This document shows positions 20,200 to 28,222 of a DNA stretch of 64,000 bases, in pieces. The DNA comes from a virus. The stretch is taken from positions 1-64,000 of IMG/VR virus record IMGVR_UViG_3300024262_000017, one strand, 5' to 3'. Numbering within the stretch: position 1 is the first letter of the stretch; each line of letters opens with the position of its first letter. The notes under the pieces were generated by a model. It searched no databases. It was not told where the DNA came from and saw only the letters and a list, made by a program, of their open reading frames with translations. A program made the position numbers and the translations under genes.

Positions 20200-21315
20200 T
20201 TAGAACGAAGCTACAACGATATAGCCTTCACTGCCGGCAGTACCGTTGGAATAGATGACCAAACCAACGGGCCATTTGTCAGTTCGGGCTTGCAAAACAC
20301 CAGCGGCGGCTTCGACCAATGTTCCGGCCACCAAGGAATCTGCAGAGTCGTGTTGCAGTTTGAAAGCGCAGCCACTGTTCAGTTTCAAACAAGTCACAAC
20401 GCCAGCCATCTGTGCGTCCCATTGGTCGTTGCCTTGGATGACCAACCAAGCGTCATCTTTGGGCGCAGAGGCCAACAATGCACTCGACATTTTGCTGACG
20501 AGGACACTGGCGGTACGCTGCTGGGGAGATAGACTCCAGGCTCCCGCGGGGTGAGTTCCGACGTAGTCGTAGTACTTACCGACATAGAGACTGCCGACAC
20601 CGTTGATAAGGATGCGGTTGCCATTGACTGGGGTTACTGCAGCCCAGGCACCACCGAGAGGCGTCACACCACCGGTATCTACGATACCAACGCCCGTTCC
20701 ACCAGTGATGGCGAGGGCATCAGCGTCAGCGAACACATCAGCGGGGGTGTCAGGATTCACAACCCAAGTGTAGGCTACGTTGTCATAGGACACCAAGGTA
20801 CCTGTGTCTCCGGAACCCGTAGCTACGACAGGCTTGCCAATGTCGCCCACCACACAGTTGGTGTACCCACCAGCAGTGCATACCAGCTGCACTGTTTTGT
20901 CGGTGTAGACCATCACCTTTTCTTCGGCTCCGGCAAAAGCTCCGGCGGCGGAAGCGGCGGCAACGACGACCCTGGTTCCTGTGGGGACTTCAGCTTCTAC
21001 TGAAGCAACGATGACAACCCAGGCTGTTCCGTCCCACTCAACAACATCACCGACGGTGAGGGCAGACCAATCTCCACCTACACCAGCGACGACGTAAGCT
21101 TTTCCAGCATCGGCGAGAGTGAGGGTCGGGGCAGTCGTAAGGGAGCTGTCAACAATCTTCAGAACGCTGGCTGCGTCGAGCTGGCGACCTTCAGTCTTGA
21201 CAACCATACCTTCTACGAGGGCGACCACATTGGGATCTGGAACGAAGCTTTTTTCCAGGGCGCTCCCATTGGGCCAACCACGCAGTGTATCGAAAATTGA
21301 GTTCAAGTTCGACAT
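20200..21315 (-). CDS. capsid decoration protein, paralog 3, with a ~225-aa insertion
   Basis: Same N- and C-terminal halves as paralogs 1 and 2, interrupted by beta-rich domains. Confidence 0.65.
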   Translation of the reverse strand: MSNLNSIFDTLRGWPNGSALEKSFVPDPNVVALVEGMVVKTEGRQLDAASVLKIVDSSLTTAPTLTLADAGKAYVVAGVGGDWSALTVGDVVEWDGTAWVVIVASVEAEVPTGTRVVVAAASAAGAFAGAEEKVMVYTDKTVQLVCTAGGYTNCVVGDIGKPVVATGSGDTGTLVSYDNVAYTWVVNPDTPADVFADADALAITGGTGVGIVDTGGVTPLGGAWAAVTPVNGNRILINGVGSLYVGKYYDYVGTHPAGAWSLSPQQRTASVLVSKMSSALLASAPKDDAWLVIQGNDQWDAQMAGVVTCLKLNSGCAFKLQHDSADSLVAGTLVEAAAGVLQARTDKWPVGLVIYSNGTAGSEGYIVVASF

Positions 21316-21334
21316 TGCGATCTCTCCTTCAGAG

Positions 21335-21691
21335 TCAACCGTTACCGAGAACGAAGTCTAAGAAACGATCGTCCGCAGCTACAGCTGCTTCCTTGTGGTT
21401 CATTGGAGCCATTGAGTCACGCAGTTCACTGGGTGACCCCAGCTCTGCAACTTTGTCACTGGAGACATCAGCAACCTTTTCTAAGATGCTCAAGAGATCG
21501 ACATCAGCATTGGCGAGCTTACGAAGTACGGAATCCGTAATGTCTTCACCTGTGGCCTCGGCATACTTTTCACCGATATCCGCTATCAAAATTTCACGAG
21601 CGGATTGAACCTCTGCTTGCTTTTCACTCTCGACGGCATCCATGTAGGTCGCGGCTGCTTCCAGCACGTCTGCGACTTTTTCCATGTTCAT
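21335..21691 (-). CDS. helical head-assembly (scaffold-like) protein
   Basis: Start moved to ATG 21691 (SD GGAAGG); acidic, with several KVA/KLA/KEA motifs; directly upstream of the capsid genes. Confidence 0.6.
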   Translation of the reverse strand: MNMEKVADVLEAAATYMDAVESEKQAEVQSAREILIADIGEKYAEATGEDITDSVLRKLANADVDLLSILEKVADVSSDKVAELGSPSELRDSMAPMNHKEAAVAADDRFLDFVLGNG

Positions 21692-21693
21692 GG

Positions 21694-21834
21694 TTACCTT
21701 CCTAATTTTTGACGAAGGATGCCCAACCCGAGAGCTGCCTGCGCTACTTGAGCGCATTTGACTACCTTGTTGGTTTTCGTCGTCTTGGCGCGTTCACGTA
21801 AAAGCGCTGCCAATTTTCGGAGTTCATCCTGCAT
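21694..21834 (-). CDS. 46-aa hypothetical protein (absent from the ORF track)
   Basis: SD GAGGTG; MQDELRKLAALLRERAK...KCAQVAQAALGLGILRQKLGR*; fills the gap exactly. Confidence 0.65.
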   Translation of the reverse strand: MQDELRKLAALLRERAKTTKTNKVVKCAQVAQAALGLGILRQKLGR

Positions 21835-22057
21835 GGCCCACCTCATTCAGGAAGTCTTTCACTTCAGCAACAGATACATCAGCGGATTTACTGCGTAAAT
21901 CCTCAGCTGCTTTGAAGAGCAACTTACCAATCTCTGTTTTGGGATTGGGGTGTTGCGAGGCTTCCTTCACGATTTGGTATTGCGCTATTTTGAGAAGACC
22001 GTTTTGTTTTACGGTTTCAACAATCTCCTCAGCTATCTTCCCAATTGATCCGGTCAT
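21824..22057 (-). CDS. small helical KxA-rich protein
   Basis: KIA, KIA, KEA, KAA, KSA in 77 aa; ATGA coupling to the upstream gene. Confidence 0.7.
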   Translation of the reverse strand: MTGSIGKIAEEIVETVKQNGLLKIAQYQIVKEASQHPNPKTEIGKLLFKAAEDLRSKSADVSVAEVKDFLNEVGHAG

Positions 22058-22371
22058 ATTGACGTAAACTCCTCTGTGCCTGGTGTTAGCCCAAATGAAC
22101 CGCCTAATTGCCGCAGTAGATGAGGACCAGCGAGACCTGCTGCCAGGCCTCCACCAAACGCCAGTGCTGGGGAGAATTGTTCCGACTCGCTTTTCTTGCG
22201 TGCGTCTGCAGCACCCATACCTCTACCGACATAATACGCACCACCCAAACCGCCTGCACCTAGCAAGCCGCCTTTGAGCCACGTAGGAATGGCCTCTTTT
22301 ACCAGGCCAACTTCTCGTGAGGCAGAAGCAAGTTTGAATAGTTCAGCATATATGGCACGGGCATCTGACAT
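22054..22371 (-). CDS. small glycine-zipper protein
   Basis: GLVKEA followed by GGLLGAGGLG and GGGLAAGLAG segments; GGSFGLTPG near the C-terminus. Confidence 0.7.
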   Translation of the reverse strand: MSDARAIYAELFKLASASREVGLVKEAIPTWLKGGLLGAGGLGGAYYVGRGMGAADARKKSESEQFSPALAFGGGLAAGLAGPHLLRQLGGSFGLTPGTEEFTSI

Positions 22372-23145
22372 TTAGATAGCTCGCAGCAACCGAATCGTGT
22401 CGTTGTAACCGCGCGAGAAGCAGTCTTCAGCCGTCTTTTCGATTTCAAGCATACCGTCATTGTAGCCCTGACGGATGTGGGCCAACTTCACTTGGCCTTC
22501 ACGCGTTTCGGCCAGCTTGTCGAAAGCGTAGCTCAGGTCGTTGGAATTCTGAGCACTGGCCTGCTTGGTCAGCTCCTCTGAAATCTGGGCCAACTTCACG
22601 CGCCCCGACGCTGTTTTGGACATTGCGTTGATTTCAGCTTCAGCGTCCACATAGCCCTGCTCGAAAGCAACCTTCTTCAGCTCTTCGACCTGCTGCTTGC
22701 CATGGAGGTAACCGAGTTCCATAGCTTGCTTGGTCAGGTCAGGGTTCTCCTGAGCAAACTTTTCAAACTCTTGCTCAGAGGGGACGCCCGTGGCGCTGGC
22801 AACCTTGGTGGTTCCCATACCCTGAGTCGCACCTTCGTACTGCGCGAGACGAGCCATGAAACCATCAGCCACGCCGGCGCCGTAGAGGTGAGCTTCTTTG
22901 ACGAGCAAGTCGTTTTCGCTGCGAGCCAAGGAAGCAGCCATTTTCACGAGCTCGCCTGTTGCCGGTTCACTGGCAGACGCAGTTTTCACGTTCTGAGGGG
23001 TCAGAGCGCTGTCCAGAGCGGCCACGAGTTTATCGCGAGCGGCGGACGTTTTCACAGGGTGTGAGTTACTGGCGGAAGCCGTCTTGGCGATGCCACCATT
23101 ATCCAGTCCCTGAAGGTCAGCAAGGATGTGTTTGATCTCCATCAA
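22372..23145 (-). CDS. putative prohead scaffold/core protein
   Basis: First gene after a promoter; high-expression codon bias; extremely dense KxA motifs and AxxxGY repeats. Confidence 0.6.
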   Translation of the reverse strand: MMEIKHILADLQGLDNGGIAKTASASNSHPVKTSAARDKLVAALDSALTPQNVKTASASEPATGELVKMAASLARSENDLLVKEAHLYGAGVADGFMARLAQYEGATQGMGTTKVASATGVPSEQEFEKFAQENPDLTKQAMELGYLHGKQQVEELKKVAFEQGYVDAEAEINAMSKTASGRVKLAQISEELTKQASAQNSNDLSYAFDKLAETREGQVKLAHIRQGYNDGMLEIEKTAEDCFSRGYNDTIRLLRAI

Positions 23146-23178
23146 AAATCTCCTTTTGTGTTCCTCAATTCACGAGGA

Positions 23179-23207
23179 ATAGTAGGACGTTTTACCGTTG
23201 TAGACAA
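23179..23207 (-). promoter_or_regulatory. putative promoter of the scaffold-capsid operon
   Basis: TTGTCT-17 bp (ending CC)-TACTAT. Confidence 0.7.
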
Positions 23208-23208
23208 C

Positions 23209-24858
23209 CTAATTTGAAGGACAAATCATATTCCCGATCTGAACTGCTGCCTCTTCGAACGAAAGTTCATTCGGAAAGGTCGCAGGCAGTGCCGCAATTT
23301 TGATTGTACGCGCACTTCTTCGATGAGTGAAATCCATAGCCATCCGTATCATTGTGTTGGGTTCGTCCAACTCATCAAAGGAAGATACCTTATATGCAAA
23401 CTCACCCTCACAATTAGGGGGAGAACATTCAAATGGGCGCACGATGAACTCTGCTTCTTTACGCTGTGGTTGTAAGCCATAGACGGCAGACAACAACACT
23501 GCAGCGCCTGCAAGCTTGGGGAGTTGAGAGTCGGGACGACTACGGTAAAACAGTGGGCGTTCATGGACAGGGAGTTGGGCTATATGCCCTGTTTTGCCCA
23601 TGGCCATTCGGTACAAACTATCCCGGTGCTGTGACCTTTTTTCAGCGAGTGGTTTGAACTTATGTGCCAATTCAGGATTCACATTTTTCTCAGAGGTGTC
23701 GATGAAATCAGTGCCATCAACATCATCCATCAATTTGGGATTGTCAGTCAACATGTCAAAGACTTGTTGCTGCGCAGCAACAGCCCGGTCGAGAATGTCT
23801 TCAGAGATGCTTAAGGATGGGTCGATACGCCAGATAAAGTATTTGATGAACTCTGGTGTTGTGAGAAGTATACCCATTGAAGACAAGGTTGAAAGCACTT
23901 CAGCTGGTCGAAAACGAACCATGCTACGGATTGTTTCGTCGTCTAAAGCTGGCATCTTTGCAGCCATAGGCTTAGCCAGGTCAGATACAAAACGGCCTAA
24001 GCGCCCATTCTCATCCTTACTGGCAGAAACAGTCCCACGCAATATTTTGTGGATGAGAGACATTTTTTTCAACCCAGCCACTTTTCGTTCTGCGTTCTGA
24101 ACGTATTCACCAAGAGCGGCAGAACTTCTTATTTCTGGGATTGAGTCGGCTACCTTCTTCATCATGAAACCAAGACGGTCAGCTGGTCGTCGCACCATGG
24201 AAATATCGAAGAACCTGGGTGATGGATTCCAAACGAAAATGCGTTTTCCATTTGGAAGATAATCTCCCAAATGGTATTTTGCATGGTCACAGTAGGCTCG
24301 TCGGTTCGGTGCTTGATTTCCGCAGATGGAACAGACGTCGTACTTGACCTTGCATCCCATACTAACAGCGGGGAATTCGTCGTTTTCAATTCTTTCAATG
24401 ATGTCTTGAGCTTTGTCATTGACCAATGACAACAACAACTCAACTCGGTGCATTGGCCAGTTGTAAAAAGCTTTGAGCACATCACCGATACGCTTTTCAG
24501 GGTCCTTGTTGACATGGTGCTTGAAAATGTTGGCGTCGGTCTCGAAGGACTTGTAGTGCTGTGGCAGTACCTGGTCTTCTGTAATTTTCGTAGAGCCAGC
24601 TTGAAGAGGCCGCTCTGACCAGGAATCTCCATTTCGGTTGGGGCCATAAAACTCACCAGCAGTCATGGCTAAAACCAAAATGGTTGTGCGCCCTTTTTGT
24701 GGCTTGACGTTTTTGATGTAGTCGAGTGCTTCGCTGGCCACCTTCACATGTTCAAGGTGGTTATACTCATAAGGCTTGACCAACTGAATAGTTGGCTCAT
24801 CATACCGTGAAAGGTCATCGAGCTCGATGAGCTTTGAAAATGGGCTGTCAAACATCAT
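23209..24858 (-). CDS. prohead maturation protease (HK97/assemblin-like) with a Zn-finger insertion and C-terminal extension
   Basis: FKHH (His), AVSMGC (catalytic Ser), CSICG..YCDH, FFDISMVRRPAD; start likely at 24858 or 24855. Confidence 0.8.
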   Translation of the reverse strand: MMFDSPFSKLIELDDLSRYDEPTIQLVKPYEYNHLEHVKVASEALDYIKNVKPQKGRTTILVLAMTAGEFYGPNRNGDSWSERPLQAGSTKITEDQVLPQHYKSFETDANIFKHHVNKDPEKRIGDVLKAFYNWPMHRVELLLSLVNDKAQDIIERIENDEFPAVSMGCKVKYDVCSICGNQAPNRRAYCDHAKYHLGDYLPNGKRIFVWNPSPRFFDISMVRRPADRLGFMMKKVADSIPEIRSSAALGEYVQNAERKVAGLKKMSLIHKILRGTVSASKDENGRLGRFVSDLAKPMAAKMPALDDETIRSMVRFRPAEVLSTLSSMGILLTTPEFIKYFIWRIDPSLSISEDILDRAVAAQQQVFDMLTDNPKLMDDVDGTDFIDTSEKNVNPELAHKFKPLAEKRSQHRDSLYRMAMGKTGHIAQLPVHERPLFYRSRPDSQLPKLAGAAVLLSAVYGLQPQRKEAEFIVRPFECSPPNCEGEFAYKVSSFDELDEPNTMIRMAMDFTHRRSARTIKIAALPATFPNELSFEEAAVQIGNMICPSN

Positions 24859-25528
24859 CAGGGTAGAGTCCATGTAAGAGGTGGACACCATAACTGTGAT
24901 TCAGCATACGAATTTCCATGGCTAACTTCTTCGTTTCATCATCGACGTTTTCGGGTAGTGAATCAAGCATACCCTCAATAGTACCGATTGCGGCCAATTT
25001 CTCAAGCGTTTCTTCTACGAAGGCGTTTTCATCTGAACCAAATTTAGGGAGTAGACCCATCAGTCCCCCACCCTGTGATGCTCCTGGTGCTTGGTCTTTT
25101 CCCATAAGCTTGGACAGGCCATACATACCAGCACCGATACCACCAACGCCTAAGGCAGTTTGAAGAACCTTGTTGCGAATGTCAGCAGCTGTGGCTTCAG
25201 TCTGTTCACGTCCTTTTTCAAGCAAGCCACTTCCAACCATATACGTTGGTAAGCCAAGTCCCACACCGGCAGCTGCGCCACCGACTAAACTTTTTTGAGC
25301 CACGCCCGGGAGCCCGGTTCTACTTTTGAAGAACCTTTTTGTAGCTTCCCAGCCTGCCCCTGCTTTTTTGGTCATCTCAAAGATTTCGTTATCCACCCGA
25401 ATCTTGGCTTCCGCGATCTTTTCGATAACCTCGGTGTCGTTTTCATACAACTGTGCGAGTTTCTCAAGGCGTTTAGACGCCAGAACGCTTCGGTGAATCT
25501 CTGCCATCATTGGGTGTATCGGGTACAT
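24848..25528 (-). CDS. putative internal head protein with two glycine zippers
   Basis: KxA-rich helical ends flanking VGGAAAGVGLG and LGVGGIGAG segments. Confidence 0.65.
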   Translation of the reverse strand: MYPIHPMMAEIHRSVLASKRLEKLAQLYENDTEVIEKIAEAKIRVDNEIFEMTKKAGAGWEATKRFFKSRTGLPGVAQKSLVGGAAAGVGLGLPTYMVGSGLLEKGREQTEATAADIRNKVLQTALGVGGIGAGMYGLSKLMGKDQAPGASQGGGLMGLLPKFGSDENAFVEETLEKLAAIGTIEGMLDSLPENVDDETKKLAMEIRMLNHSYGVHLLHGLYPDDV

Positions 25529-25531
25529 GCG

Positions 25532-26005
25532 TCACTCCACTGAGTCGAAGTAGATTTGCCCAGGATTTTCCTTCTGCCAGTTGCCATACTGTTCTTTGAA
25601 TTGTTCTGGAACAGGGGTCAACCACTGGTCAGAACCCAGGTAACGAAACCCTTTGTCTGTAAGATACGACCGAGGGTCAATTTCTTCTCCAGCAGCCTGG
25701 CGTTCTTGCATCTCTTTCATGGCAGCTTGAGTTGCTTCCTGCGAACCACCCACCATGTCTTCTTGCCAGCCGGCAGTTTTAGTCAGCTCATCCAAGGCAA
25801 CAAGACCATTGACGATTTCTTTGAACTCGGCATTCTTGTAATACACATTGGTGCCAAGTGCTTGAACTGCAGAGCGGATGTCTAACTCTGCAGGAATCCG
25901 ATGTCCTTCTGCGCGTAACCGGGCAGCGGCGATTTTGTGTAACCCAAGGTTTCGAAGTCGGTGAGAGGCTTCTTTCCCTAAGAGTTTTTCGAGATTGATT
26001 TTCAT
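25532..26005 (-). CDS. KxA-containing hypothetical protein
   Basis: KEA, KIA, KNA, KTA; ATGA coupling. Confidence 0.65.
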   Translation of the reverse strand: MKINLEKLLGKEASHRLRNLGLHKIAAARLRAEGHRIPAELDIRSAVQALGTNVYYKNAEFKEIVNGLVALDELTKTAGWQEDMVGGSQEATQAAMKEMQERQAAGEEIDPRSYLTDKGFRYLGSDQWLTPVPEQFKEQYGNWQKENPGQIYFDSVE

Positions 26006-26670
26006 CGTTTTTCACTCCCGGAGTAAGGCATGGTTGCCTTGTTAACTGAGACTTCTGCGTCAGCAATCCCCTTGATGGTTTGGAAATTGAGACCGCCTGA
26101 CCCTGCAGTTGCAGCCTCAGTGAGGAACGAGCGCACCGCATTTTTGTCAGTGGATAACGTGGGAGCAATTTTGCTCATGGTGTGGAACGCTTCCAAGAGT
26201 GTTTTATTGTCAGCCATTGCCAAGGTTGGGTCTTCTCTTTTGAGAGCACCGAAAATGGCTTGTCTGGTCGGGCTCATTCCAAAACGGTCTTTGAGTGTTT
26301 GATAACCTTTGCCAGCCATGTCTTTGGCCAGACCCATCAGAGATTTGGCTGAGTCTCCACCAAGAGAAGAAGCAAAAGATGACCCGAACTCTTCATCAGC
26401 TTTGACACGATCGAATAAGCTATTTAGGCTACGGTCAATACGATAACCCATCGTGTCACCGGCACGGGCGCCTTCCATGGCTTTGGAAATACCTGTTGCC
26501 CCGAGGGCTGTGCCGGCAACACCTAAACCGATGCCTGCGGGTATAAGCCATCTTTTGTTTTTAACGCCAAAAGCTCCGAGTGTTGATAAACCACTCATAA
26601 TGGATTGTCCCAAGCCAGCATTCTTTTCAAAATACTCTTCAGGAGAATCAACGTGTCCGTTCATAGCCAT
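26002..26670 (-). CDS. putative internal head protein with a TM-like Gly-rich segment
   Basis: EKNAG, then WLIPAGIGLGVAGTALGATG. Confidence 0.65.
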   Translation of the reverse strand: MAMNGHVDSPEEYFEKNAGLGQSIMSGLSTLGAFGVKNKRWLIPAGIGLGVAGTALGATGISKAMEGARAGDTMGYRIDRSLNSLFDRVKADEEFGSSFASSLGGDSAKSLMGLAKDMAGKGYQTLKDRFGMSPTRQAIFGALKREDPTLAMADNKTLLEAFHTMSKIAPTLSTDKNAVRSFLTEAATAGSGGLNFQTIKGIADAEVSVNKATMPYSGSEKR

Positions 26671-27512
26671 TGCCCGAACTCCTTGCTCACGTATTGCTGA
26701 CCGGCCACTGTTTCGGCATACGACTTGGCTAATTTGATGAGTCGGTCCAAGCTTTGCATGGTTGGGGTGTCGGTGTCGACTACCCGGGCAGACTTTACTA
26801 ATGCACCTTCAGAGAGGGCTGACATTCGGAGACAGCGTCGGATGTCTGACAAGACAGGAATAGCAGCATGGCCACGAGCCGACATGGCATCTTTCTCGAA
26901 GTCGTCTAAACTGGGTCCGTAGAGCTTTGCAAACGTGGTAGCAATTTTGTCCAATTCTTCTTTGTACTCATAGGCACACTGCAGCTTTTTGTCGTTGAGG
27001 TCTTCAGCGACTTTACGAATCTTGATGATGAGCATTTGCTTCTTTTGAGGATTCTCATTGATTGGAGACAGCTCTTCTGTGGGGTCTTCAATTGTAGTAT
27101 CAACGTTTTCCTCAGGGAGACTGCCAGAAGCTTCATTCTTTCCCAGCATGTCTTTGACCTTGTCGAGTAACTCTGACATTCCGCCAAACATGTCCTGTTC
27201 TCGACCCGGGTCTGAGCTACTCACGTCAACCTCCTCGGATTCAGGTTCTTCTTTGTATACGTTTTGGAGTACCGATGTGGGGTCGGCTGGCTCGAACTCG
27301 ATAACCTTGTCACCGTCTGACTTTTGGTCAAACAGTTTCAGGTGTGCCATCATATTGGACAGTTGAACCAAGTTCTTGATTTGATCAGGGTTCAACCCTT
27401 GATCCAGGGCCATTTTGACGACACCTTGTTCTAGTGGCGTGGCGTCATTCAAGTAGCTGGAAACAACGGCCTTCGCCATCTTGTCAAATTGCTCTTCTCG
27501 GAGTTCGCGCAT
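26661..27512 (-). CDS. KxA-rich helical head-associated protein
   Basis: KMA, KMA, KVA, KIA, KDA, KSA, KLA; GLNPDQI..L.Q.SN motif. Confidence 0.65.
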   Translation of the reverse strand: MRELREEQFDKMAKAVVSSYLNDATPLEQGVVKMALDQGLNPDQIKNLVQLSNMMAHLKLFDQKSDGDKVIEFEPADPTSVLQNVYKEEPESEEVDVSSSDPGREQDMFGGMSELLDKVKDMLGKNEASGSLPEENVDTTIEDPTEELSPINENPQKKQMLIIKIRKVAEDLNDKKLQCAYEYKEELDKIATTFAKLYGPSLDDFEKDAMSARGHAAIPVLSDIRRCLRMSALSEGALVKSARVVDTDTPTMQSLDRLIKLAKSYAETVAGQQYVSKEFGQWL

Positions 27513-27526
27513 GGTCTCAAGACCCC

Positions 27527-28222
27527 TTAATGAAGTATTTCGCTTATAGGTATACCACTTTTTTCAGCATTGGTGGTGTCATCACGTGTTTCAAGTGCCA
27601 ACTGAAGCTTTTCGATACTGGACTTATCTGTTTGTTCCTCGTCTGGAACAGCACGCAGGCTAATCTGTGCCCAGCGAAGTGCAGCGTTGGCTAAGCTTGA
27701 GTCTGCACGATTGATTCTTGCCAGCTGTGTCATCATGTATGCAGTTGAGCGCACACCATCGAAAACAAGTCCGGCATCAATAGAGTATGACCCACGAGCT
27801 AAGCGTATCTTCAAGCATTCCTTACCAAGGTCGACAGCATACTGTTTCAGTTCACCACCGAAGGTGTCGTGAGGAATGCTCTTGGCGTAGTCAATGATAT
27901 CGAGGTCATCTTCGAATACATCAGGGTCAAAGAACAGTGCTCGATAAGCTTCAGTAACGCCAGTTGGAATGCGTAAAATCTCTTCAGCCTCAAAGGGCTC
28001 TGCGCCTACGAGCAATAAGGCTTCTATGATTTCTCGTTTGAATTCTCGTGAGAAAATTTCATGAGCGCGCACCACATCAGGGGATACACCCTTCAGGCTT
28101 TTGCCTGAAAGTATGGCATAGAGAGATTTCTCCACGACATTCAAGCCGTCAGGCTTTTCCTTGCTCTCGACCATCGCAATGATGTCGCAGCGTTTATGGT
28201 CAGGCCGCTTCGTCACCTTCAT
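27527..28222 (-). CDS. hypothetical protein
   Basis: 231-aa ORF in the operon with normal codon usage. Confidence 0.65.
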   Translation of the reverse strand: MKVTKRPDHKRCDIIAMVESKEKPDGLNVVEKSLYAILSGKSLKGVSPDVVRAHEIFSREFKREIIEALLLVGAEPFEAEEILRIPTGVTEAYRALFFDPDVFEDDLDIIDYAKSIPHDTFGGELKQYAVDLGKECLKIRLARGSYSIDAGLVFDGVRSTAYMMTQLARINRADSSLANAALRWAQISLRAVPDEEQTDKSSIEKLQLALETRDDTTNAEKSGIPISEILH

